Assembly (NCBI GenBank): GCA_002439875.1
Contig: DJQB01000036.1
Span: 139,079 to 203,078, forward strand
Length of the DNA: 64,000 nucleotides
Direction: 5' to 3'
Source of the DNA: Bacteroidales bacterium UBA6397
GTDB lineage: Bacteria; Bacteroidota; Bacteroidia; Bacteroidales; UBA932
The notes beneath the pieces were generated by a model. That model was not told the origin of the DNA. It was given only the letters and a program-made list of their open reading frames with translations, and did no database searches. This document shows, piece by piece, positions 28,001 through 33,309 of this stretch. The stretch's first letter is position 1, and each line of letters begins with the position of its first letter. The translations under genes and the position numbers were made by a program.

Positions 28001-28228
28001 TCCGCGTCTCTCCATCACAAAGCTGATGGCGTCTCCGGTACGTCCGCACCCGAAGCAGTGGTACATGTTCCTCGAAGGCGTCACCACGAACGAAGGTGTC
28101 TTCTCTCCGTGGAAAGGGCAACAGCATTTGTAGTGGCTGCCTTCCCGCTTGAGCTCCACGCCCTCGTCCTGGATGATCGAGACGATGTCCCGCTCCTTGA
28201 TCTGGTCTTTTACATAGTCGGGAATCAT
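25022..28228 (-). CDS. DNA primase-helicase fusion: CHC2 zinc finger, TOPRIM, and a C-terminal P-loop NTPase
   Basis: CHC2 motif CCCPFHGEKTPSFVV...YHCFGCG. TOPRIM motifs LVEGNLDV and IIGDTDKAG. Walker A motif FGPKGTGKSE. Confidence 0.85.
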   Translation of the reverse strand: MIPDYVKDQIKERDIVSIIQDEGVELKREGSHYKCCCPFHGEKTPSFVVTPSRNMYHCFGCGRTGDAISFVMERRGMTFYEAVEHLAGRLGIDYEKKEPTPEEKAAEFRRSQLMTVNKLASEWFIQRYKESPGAKEYVLKKRGIKVETAELFGIGYAPEKGGLKQYLTGLGWKEDVLLAAGLVKRNEDTGQVYDSFRHRIMFPVFWASGYIAGFSGRYIGDKPGVPKYLNTGETELYRKKGILFGWLQANMQIYATKQAYLVEGNLDVCRLHEIGVKNAVAPCGTALTQEQIDLLKTRAERVTIIGDTDKAGVEAVQKNAKLMTEAGLSVSVMELPAELGKDADEFFRTHQHEFDECNLQRTNDYIPWICKKWMDAATSQTEKAAVITEVCKLLAKVPDQSSADMYRETFTKTYKFGKIWNQEYFKAKNDQERAEAKEDGTKEMLQNYGFYVKNNCYYGASRSGNDMRWSNFTMTPILHIRDEKNARRIFTLRNVKMQEAVVKLNQSELVSFTDFKTRVETAGNYVWEATANELTSLKKFLYDGTPSADEIKQLGWQKKWGFYAWGNGGLDNGTFKPVDKYGIIDIKGQKFYLPGCALDTRDNTQGYQLARKFVYTETNTITLREYSEKLITVFGDNAKVALCFLFASLFKDVVTSVTTSFPILDLFGPKGTGKSELGHSLTSFFVSNNIAPNINNTTKAALAEAVAEVSNAVVHLDEYKNNLDLEKREFLKGIWDGAGRSRMNMDNDKRRETTAVDCGVVMSGQEMPTADIALFNRLVFLTFSKTTFSDQEKRNYENLKLVEKRGLTHLTNQLLQLRSKFQTDFRRVWDETLSDMNDRVRSYNVEDRTLRNWAILLAAYRTLRTDIDVPFDSEEMFKLCCKGCVDQNQKTKQNNELSGFWEIVENLVASGQAYINIDYKLCAGDRPFAIKESDVPFEPKHGVRYIYLAFQRLSALYMKEGKDVNGKVIPRDSLKYYLEHSPEFIGTAKSMRFKLLENKTYVSSNPETGKSRVTTAMVFDYDALKVNYGIDLDISTDTLEIGDNRTAASTPPPVTESAESTEAEPWEK

Positions 28229-28557
28229 AAGTTGAATATGTCTATTGCTTCACCGCTTTTCTTGTCGTTCTGAAGGAACGTCTCGAAACTTTCCCAGTGC
28301 GAATCATCGTCCACCCTCTCATTAGCCTGGTCGATCTCGAAAACCATCCTCCTTGCTATGCCGATGCATTGCTCAAGATGGCATTTCCGCTGAATCTCCC
28401 AAGTCTGCATCTGCATTGGCGCAAGCCCAGCGAACTCCATCAGTTGGACTTCCCAAAGCTGCACCGCCATCTGGCATGCCCCGCGAAGTGCCGACCATTC
28501 CGGCCTGTTCATCTCGAACACCGAGACCAGGCCTCTTGAATCCTTGTCCGCGTACAT
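28225..28557 (-). CDS. Phage hypothetical protein (110 aa)
   Basis: ORF with a 4-nt overlap onto the primase start. Confidence 0.55.
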   Translation of the reverse strand: MYADKDSRGLVSVFEMNRPEWSALRGACQMAVQLWEVQLMEFAGLAPMQMQTWEIQRKCHLEQCIGIARRMVFEIDQANERVDDDSHWESFETFLQNDKKSGEAIDIFNL

Positions 28558-28560
28558 GGC

Positions 28561-28812
28561 CTAACCCTTTTCCGGAAACAACTCATTCACGGAAGCCTCT
28601 ATCCCGAAAACATCTTTCACGTACTTCCTGATGTTCTCCTGATAGAGCGGCTTTGGCCGCCTTGTCCCGTTGCACCATGAATATGCCGTCGGGTACGACA
28701 CCCCGTCCATCACGATCAACGTCAGCATCTCATTCCGCTGTTTAAGGCCCGCGGTCTCCCAAATCCTCTTGATGTCCATTGTATGAATATTATTGTTTAT
28801 TATTTCGTCCAT
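28561..28812 (-). CDS. Small putative DNA-binding protein (83 aa)
   Basis: ORF with an HTH-like segment LIVMDGVSYPTAYSWCNGTRRP. Confidence 0.5.
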   Translation of the reverse strand: MDEIINNNIHTMDIKRIWETAGLKQRNEMLTLIVMDGVSYPTAYSWCNGTRRPKPLYQENIRKYVKDVFGIEASVNELFPEKG

Positions 28813-29080
28813 CCTTAGGTGTTATGAAGTCCAGTGTCAATTCATCTATCAGTAACGCAGCCTCGTCACCAAAATATTCGCTTACCGCCTCTGATAGCGA
28901 CATACCTTCATCTTCATAATCGCCAACCATTTTGTGCAGCCATTTGTCGAACTTCACGATGTCAATTATCACGCAGCCAGCCCATAGGCTCGGTAAAGGG
29001 TCGTAAAACTCTGATACCCCTGTCTGGAAGCACTCGAATAATTTATCTTTGAGTGCTTTGTTGTCACCCAATTTCTGCAT
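28790..29080 (-). CDS. Acidic phage hypothetical protein (96 aa)
   Basis: ORF downstream of the recombinase gene. Confidence 0.5.
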   Translation of the reverse strand: MQKLGDNKALKDKLFECFQTGVSEFYDPLPSLWAGCVIIDIVKFDKWLHKMVGDYEDEGMSLSEAVSEYFGDEAALLIDELTLDFITPKDGRNNKQ

Positions 29081-29084
29081 CAGA

Positions 29085-30002
29085 TTACTTCTCTTTCTCG
29101 TAATTCTTCTTTGCTCGCTTATGCCCGTGAGCCCTGTAAAGTATGTTTAGTTCCTTTTCTTGGCTTATGCGTTCGTAGACCTCGTCATAGGTGTAATCTG
29201 GAAACTCTTGGGCTATGATAGGGATTGTCTTGTCTTCCAATATTAACTCCTTTAATCTCTCTCGCGATATCTCGAAAATTCGCGGAGAATCGCACTTTTG
29301 GTGTTTATTATATTTTATCCGGGCTCTTTCCCTCTCCCTTCTCATCCTTTCCTCCTTTTTCTCCCTAGCATCTTCGATTTTGCCTCTATACTCGCCCCAG
29401 TCTATTATGTAATTCCTGATGGTTCCTCTGTCAACCTTGAATAATTTTTCCATTCTTCTCAGAGGCATTCCCTCCCTGTAGTTTTCCAGAATCAGTTCTT
29501 TGTATTTGTTCATTCTGGACTCCACTTTGACTTTTCTACTAGGACCATCCGCATAAGCCCTTCCCATCAGTACGCCCATTTTCCGTCTCAATTCCAGCCC
29601 TTCTTTTGTTCTCTGCCTGATCATCTGTCTCTCTATTTCCGCAGAAAGTCCAAAGGCGAACGCAAGTACCTTGCTTTGAATACTTTCGCCCAATGTAAAC
29701 CCGTCTTTCACCGTGTAGATTGTTGCCTCTCTTGCCATGCAAAAGTGGAGTATATCCATCACCATATACAGATCACGCCCGAGGCGGCTGATCTCGCTGC
29801 AAATTATGATGTCTCCCTTTTGGATTTTTTTTAGCATCGGCCCAAGATTTCTCTTGTTCGGATCTTTGCCTCCAGACACCCCCTTATCGGAAATATACTT
29901 TTCGATTGTCCACCCTTTTGCAGCTGCGAACGCATCCACTCCCTGCCTTTGGCTGTTGACATCCTGCTCATCGGATGATACTCTCAGATAACCGTAAATC
30001 AT
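29085..30002 (-). CDS. Small serine recombinase (resolvase/invertase type) with an extended C terminus
   Basis: The N-terminal catalytic motif is MIYGYLRVSSDEQD ... CSEISRLGRD ... ERQMIRQRTKEG. An HTH-like segment MPLRRMEKLFKVDRGTIRNYI follows. At 305 aa it is too short for a large serine integrase. Confidence 0.85.
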   Translation of the reverse strand: MIYGYLRVSSDEQDVNSQRQGVDAFAAAKGWTIEKYISDKGVSGGKDPNKRNLGPMLKKIQKGDIIICSEISRLGRDLYMVMDILHFCMAREATIYTVKDGFTLGESIQSKVLAFAFGLSAEIERQMIRQRTKEGLELRRKMGVLMGRAYADGPSRKVKVESRMNKYKELILENYREGMPLRRMEKLFKVDRGTIRNYIIDWGEYRGKIEDAREKKEERMRRERERARIKYNKHQKCDSPRIFEISRERLKELILEDKTIPIIAQEFPDYTYDEVYERISQEKELNILYRAHGHKRAKKNYEKEK

Positions 30003-30079
30003 AATCTTTATTATTTGATAATCAGCGAAATAAATTAAAAATTTCTTGAAAAATAGTTGTGTAATTCAAAATAAATGCG

Positions 30080-30087
30080 TACCTTTG
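30080..30087 (+). promoter_or_regulatory. Candidate -7 box (TACCTTTG) of a Bacteroidota-type promoter
   Basis: Matches TAnnTTTG and points toward 30302..30520. The -33 region is only approximate (TTGT). Confidence 0.4.
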
Positions 30088-30150
30088 TAATGCGGTTCAG
30101 GGAGAACCGCGAAAGAGGAATCTGAAACGCTTGAAAGGGAGTAAGAAAAA

Positions 30151-30279
30151 ACCTACCAAAGTCTTAGAAAAGATGAGCGCTAAATTCACTTTTAAGATTT
30201 GGAAACTGAGATTCACGATCGAGATCGCAATCTAGTTTTGCCAACGGAGGCTGAGAGACCAGCCTCCCCTTTGGTAGGT
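30151..30279. repeat. 129-bp segment bounded by perfect 11-bp inverted repeats; candidate invertible element or structured leader
   Basis: ACCTACCAAAG at 30151..30161 pairs with CTTTGGTAGGT at 30269..30279. Inside are a 20-codon uORF (30173..30235), a TAGTTTTG box (30233..30240) and the hairpin GGAGGCTG-N6-CAGCCTCC. Confidence 0.6.
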
Positions 30280-30301
30280 GCTGCAAAAATACACAAATTG
30301 T

Positions 30302-30520
30302 ATGCAAAACAAAAATCTGTCATCTTCACAGACTCCTTCCGAGTCTCCGTCCTGGGGCGGTGCCCGTTCCGGTGCCGGCCGCAAGTCCAAGCCCCACGGA
30401 AAATCCTACACCTTCCAGTCCACCCCAGAGGTTGACGCGTTTCTCTCCTCCTATCAAGGCAATAAGACCGAGTTCATCAACCGCGCGATCCTGACCCTTG
30501 CCGGTGAGTCTCCCGAATGA
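30302..30520 (+). CDS. Small basic DNA-binding protein, possibly ribbon-helix-helix (72 aa)
   Basis: ATG at 30302 (MQNKNLSS...). Contains the motif WGGARSGAGRKSKPHGK and a C-terminal FLSSYQGNKTEFINRAILTL. Confidence 0.55.
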   Translation: MQNKNLSSSQTPSESPSWGGARSGAGRKSKPHGKSYTFQSTPEVDAFLSSYQGNKTEFINRAILTLAGESPE

Positions 30521-30659
30521 CCTCGATCTCCCATCTGTCCGACCTCTTGGCCGCAAGTTCAGCGAACTTTTCCCGTGCTTTCTCTTCGGTGTCGTAGTAC
30601 CATTCATCTACGATACCGAAGCATCTTGCCATAACGACAAATCTGACTTTTCCGTCCAT
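30477..30659 (-). CDS. Hypothetical small protein (60 aa)
   Basis: ATG at 30659 (MDGKVRFVVMARCFGIVDEWYYD). It overlaps 30302..30520 convergently by 44 nt and no promoter was seen. Confidence 0.3.
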   Translation of the reverse strand: MDGKVRFVVMARCFGIVDEWYYDTEEKAREKFAELAAKRSDRWEIEVIRETHRQGSGSRG

Positions 30660-30660
30660 A

Positions 30661-30708
30661 ACACAATAAATTAAGCGGCAACTCCAAAACACTGGAATTG
30701 CCGCTTAA
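30661..30708 (-). terminator. Terminator after the GHKL-STAS operon
   Basis: Hairpin TTAAGCGGCA-N18-TGCCGCTTAA followed on the minus strand by TTTATTGTGT. The loop is large. Confidence 0.55.
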
Positions 30709-30727
30709 TTGCAAAGATTATCTGTCC

Positions 30728-31021
30728 TTAGCTTGCAGAAGTATCGAACCTCTTAACGTAGTCTCTGATGTGAGCTATTTGGCTGGCGGAAATATTGCTG
30801 AATGCGATTTTTTGGCGAACGATTTCCGCACCTTTTTCACCGATGATCTTTCCAATAGACGTATTCAAAAACATTGATGGAACAAGTGTCACATCTTTGA
30901 AATCCAAAATGATTCTGTCCTGCTTGTCAAGATTATCATTTAGTATAGAGTATAACACGTCACCCGCATCGGGGTAATTCCTACCCTGAAATATAGCTGA
31001 AACTGAAATGCGATAATCCAT
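30728..31021 (-). CDS. STAS-like protein (DUF4325-like)
   Basis: 97 aa. The pattern ILDFKDVTLVPSMFLNTSIGKII is typical of DUF4325/STAS as I recall it. It starts 1 nt after the ATPase stop. Confidence 0.6.
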   Translation of the reverse strand: MDYRISVSAIFQGRNYPDAGDVLYSILNDNLDKQDRIILDFKDVTLVPSMFLNTSIGKIIGEKGAEIVRQKIAFSNISASQIAHIRDYVKRFDTSAS

Positions 31022-31022
31022 A

Positions 31023-31904
31023 TTATAAAAGTGTTAAATCGTCTTCGATATAATTGTCTTCCAAGTGTTCAAGAGAAATTGAATACATTATCAATGTTCC
31101 CTTGAAGTGTCTCTTTAATCTTACAGACCTATCGTTATCCCCTGATGTTACCAAAGCCCCATCGTTGCTTATTATCCAAAGGGAATCGGGGTCAGTGCAA
31201 TAATCACGAAGATTCCCCAGCCCCAAACCAGCATTGTGATTGGTGGATCTGATAGTGAATCGAGGCTCCATGGCTTTCTTTATTGCTTGAACGTCATCCG
31301 TTATTTCTGGCAGCACCGTTCTTACGGATTCGGCAATACCACGGCCAAAGTCGCATACGGAAATGAAAACCTTGTTGATTCTCCTGTCATATTCAACCAT
31401 GGAGAAGGCAACTCCTTCACATAAAGAATGGTCGATGACATTGTAATACGCCTCTGTTAAACTGCCTTCAAGTGGAGTCAGGTCTTTAGCCTGAAACTTG
31501 GTGGTCCGGAAATATTCACTTATCCGTTTGGCGTGCATTTCCATCCCGTCCGCTTCAATCTTCCATAAGTTCAGAATGTCATCGTTGCCTGGTTTTACAT
31601 AGTCTTCATGCAAATTCCAGTATCTTGATATTCCGAGCTCATTTTCAAGATAGCCTTTGATTTCTTTGCTCGTTTCCAACTGGACGTGGCAACCTTTTCG
31701 CGCGCAAGATTCAATCAGACATGCAAGGGATGTGATGTGTTCTGGACGTAATTTGTCTCGTGTAATGTCATTGCTGATATTTACCACCAAATGGTTGACG
31801 CCTTTCTGTTCGATCATATATCTTCCATCGCAAATTCCGGCAAGCCAACTAAGCCTGTCGGCTGATGACAGTATTACTACTCTTATATTTGCGACTTTAA
31901 GCAT
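31023..31904 (-). CDS. GHKL-superfamily ATPase / anti-sigma-type serine kinase-like protein with an unknown N-terminal domain
   Basis: N-box EAYYNVIDHS, G1 box VCDFGRGI and G2 box NAGLGLGN. ATG at 31904; the ORF track starts at the GTG at 31910. Confidence 0.75.
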   Translation of the reverse strand: MLKVANIRVVILSSADRLSWLAGICDGRYMIEQKGVNHLVVNISNDITRDKLRPEHITSLACLIESCARKGCHVQLETSKEIKGYLENELGISRYWNLHEDYVKPGNDDILNLWKIEADGMEMHAKRISEYFRTTKFQAKDLTPLEGSLTEAYYNVIDHSLCEGVAFSMVEYDRRINKVFISVCDFGRGIAESVRTVLPEITDDVQAIKKAMEPRFTIRSTNHNAGLGLGNLRDYCTDPDSLWIISNDGALVTSGDNDRSVRLKRHFKGTLIMYSISLEHLEDNYIEDDLTLL

Positions 31905-31925
31905 AGACACATAACCTTTTCAGAG

Positions 31926-31960
31926 CAAAGATAATCTTTAGAAAATCATTTTCCAAACAA
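31926..31960 (-). promoter_or_regulatory. Bacteroidota sigma-A type promoter for the GHKL-STAS operon
   Basis: The minus strand reads TTTG-N20-TATCTTTG. The -7 box is at 31926..31933, about 20 nt upstream of the ATG. Confidence 0.65.
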
Positions 31961-31983
31961 TGTTTCTGTGATGCTCTTTTATC

Positions 31984-32000
31984 TTAACGGCAATTCCAGT
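31984..32000. repeat. Right inverted repeat flanking the GHKL-STAS cassette; its partner is at 30691..30708
   Basis: The reverse complement, ACTGGAATTGCCGTTAA, matches ACTGGAATTGCCGCTTAA at 30691..30708 (17 of 18, with a 1-nt indel). Confidence 0.6.
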
Positions 32001-32021
32001 ATTTCAAAGAACCTGTTTTCG

Positions 32022-32149
32022 TCCCCGGGAACGGAATCGAACCGCTCACATCGCGCTAGGCTTTCGGGGCGGCCCCCGCCCTCCTGGGCTTAAATCCTAC
32101 GCAAGGCCGCTTCGTGCTGGCAGGGACCCATATCCTGCCCTTTCCGGGG
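32022..32149 (-). ncRNA. tRNA-like structured RNA B (128 nt, non-canonical)
   Basis: Read on the minus strand. The ends CCCCGGA and CCCGGGG pair at 6 of 7 positions. The T arm is AGCGG-TTCGATT-CCGTT. A D-like hairpin GGCAGG-ATATGGGTC-CCTGCC is present. About 70 nt of GC-rich branched helices replace the anticodon arm. Confidence 0.4.
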
Positions 32150-32260
32150 AGTTGCCGGTCTTTCCCGGCTGTCAAACAAACTTATTATCTCAACACTACT
32201 AAACACACAGTCTTTCACCGCCCGGCGCTCCTTGACACCGTAATTGAAATTAAACTGAGA

Positions 32261-32351
32261 TCCCGTGCCGGACTCGAACCGGAATGAGTAATTAATCTGA
32301 TTTATGACTAATCGGTATTTTGCCTGCCGCTCCCCACGGAGCCACACGGGA
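32261..32351 (-). ncRNA. tRNA-like RNA A (91 nt, non-canonical)
   Basis: Read on the minus strand. The acceptor is TCCCGTG/CACGGGA (7 bp, extendable to 8). The D arm is GCTC-CGTGGG-GAGC and the T arm is CCGG-TTCGAGT-CCGG. Forty-six AT-rich nt lie between the D and T arms, so no clean anticodon arm forms. Confidence 0.45.
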
Positions 32352-32428
32352 TTGTTCACGCCTCACAGCGTTACGCTTGGCCTCTCAGGACCTCTTGTGA
32401 TAGGTTTGCCAAGACTATTTTATTGCTT

Positions 32429-32518
32429 TTACTCTTCATCATCCTCCTTGAACGCCCGCCAGTACAGCCAGACCACGAACGCCAGCATGACACCTTCAAC
32501 AATGAGATGTATCGACAT
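32429..32518 (-). CDS. Possible 29-aa single-TM peptide
   Basis: My own translation gives MSIHLIVEGVMLAFVVWLYWRAFKEDDEE. It is below the ORF-track size cutoff and overlaps the end of 32496..32822. Confidence 0.3.
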   Translation of the reverse strand: MSIHLIVEGVMLAFVVWLYWRAFKEDDEE

Positions 32519-32822
32519 ATCCTATAACATCCTCCTCAAGTATTTTCTCAAAATCCTTCAATATCTTTTTCCAGTCCCACTTGTTCGGAGCCAGCCTCGC
32601 CAATCTTGGCCCATCGAGCATCCAAGCGCCTTCCGCGCACTCCCAAGCCGCAAGACACTGCTCCAGTCTGTCAGCGATGAATTTCCTCGCAAGCGGCCTG
32701 ATGTCTTCGCCCATCTGCGCCTTGTGCCAAAGCCCGACAATGTTAACCCCTGCATCCAGATAGTGTTTCGCCATCAAATCGATGAACTTGTCCCTGTTGA
32801 CATCATATTTCTCCATAGCCAA
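32496..32822 (-). CDS. Phage hypothetical protein (108 aa)
   Basis: ORF in the leftward early operon. Confidence 0.55.
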   Translation of the reverse strand: MAMEKYDVNRDKFIDLMAKHYLDAGVNIVGLWHKAQMGEDIRPLARKFIADRLEQCLAAWECAEGAWMLDGPRLARLAPNKWDWKKILKDFEKILEEDVIGYVDTSHC

Positions 32823-32872
32823 TGAATATTAGTGATGTTGTCTCCCGTCCCAATCGTGTGTGATGACTCCCA

Positions 32873-33142
32873 TCAGCATCCACGCGTCCGGATTGTTTTC
32901 CGGACTGAGAAGCCACGCCATCGCATCCTTATAAGCCTTGCGCCAGCTGATAGTCTTCGGAGCCAGTCTGCGCACGCACCCATCGTGTACGCAATCATCA
33001 GTGTCCCCAAGTGCCACCACGCGAACTCCGCTTTCCCTGCAATCGCCTGCACCGCGTTCACCATCAACGCCACCGCCACCACAACCGCGAACACCCTCCA
33101 GATGCCCACCGTGGTCCTCTCCATTCTTTCTTCTTCGCTCAT
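32873..33142 (-). CDS. Small membrane protein, first gene of the leftward early operon; possibly frameshifted
   Basis: N-terminal TM helix VGIWRVFAVVVAVALMVNAVQA. The overlapping frame 32829..33149 has a more protein-like C terminus (TISWRKAYKDAMAWLLSPENNPDAWMLMGVITHDW). Confidence 0.5.
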   Translation of the reverse strand: MSEEERMERTTVGIWRVFAVVVAVALMVNAVQAIAGKAEFAWWHLGTLMIAYTMGACADWLRRLSAGARLIRMRWRGFSVRKTIRTRGC

Positions 33143-33192
33143 AACTCATTGTTTTTGTGATATTTTATTGTTATCTTCGCTCATTTAATGCT

Positions 33193-33222
33193 GTATTGCA
33201 TTTGTATTGCGTTTGTGTTTAC
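33193..33222 (-). promoter_or_regulatory. Conserved 30-bp element, copy 4
   Basis: The plus strand reads GTATTGCATTTGTATTGCGTTTGTGTTTAC. It begins 4 nt downstream of the -7 box of the leftward promoter. Confidence 0.65.
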
Positions 33223-33226
33223 ACTG

Positions 33227-33257
33227 CAAATATAGAGAAGTCTCTGTAATATTCAAA
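33227..33257 (-). promoter_or_regulatory. Leftward early promoter (Bacteroidota consensus)
   Basis: The minus strand reads TTTG (33254..33257), N19, then TATATTTG (33227..33234). Confidence 0.65.
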
Positions 33258-33309
33258 GAATTTTGCAGAAAGATTTCTAATTATTTTAACGCAAAAATTG
33301 CATTGAATT

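Noticed and set aside
32090-32359. The 89-aa minus-strand ORF in the track that covers the tRNA-like region.
   Set aside because: It overlaps both structured RNA elements, has no plausible start context, and its sequence (…FRFESGTGSQFNFNYGV…) looks like a translated T-arm and acceptor. I treat it as a non-coding artefact.
32022-32420. I considered a tmRNA (ssrA), standard or permuted, spanning the two tRNA-like elements. A frame ending in TAATAA lies between them.
   Set aside because: - No 5' GGGG start and no G3:U70 pair.
- Each element pairs its own 5' and 3' ends, rather than one long-range acceptor helix.
- The only frame ending in TAATAA encodes ...KTVCLVVLR, not a hydrophobic ...ALAA-type tag.
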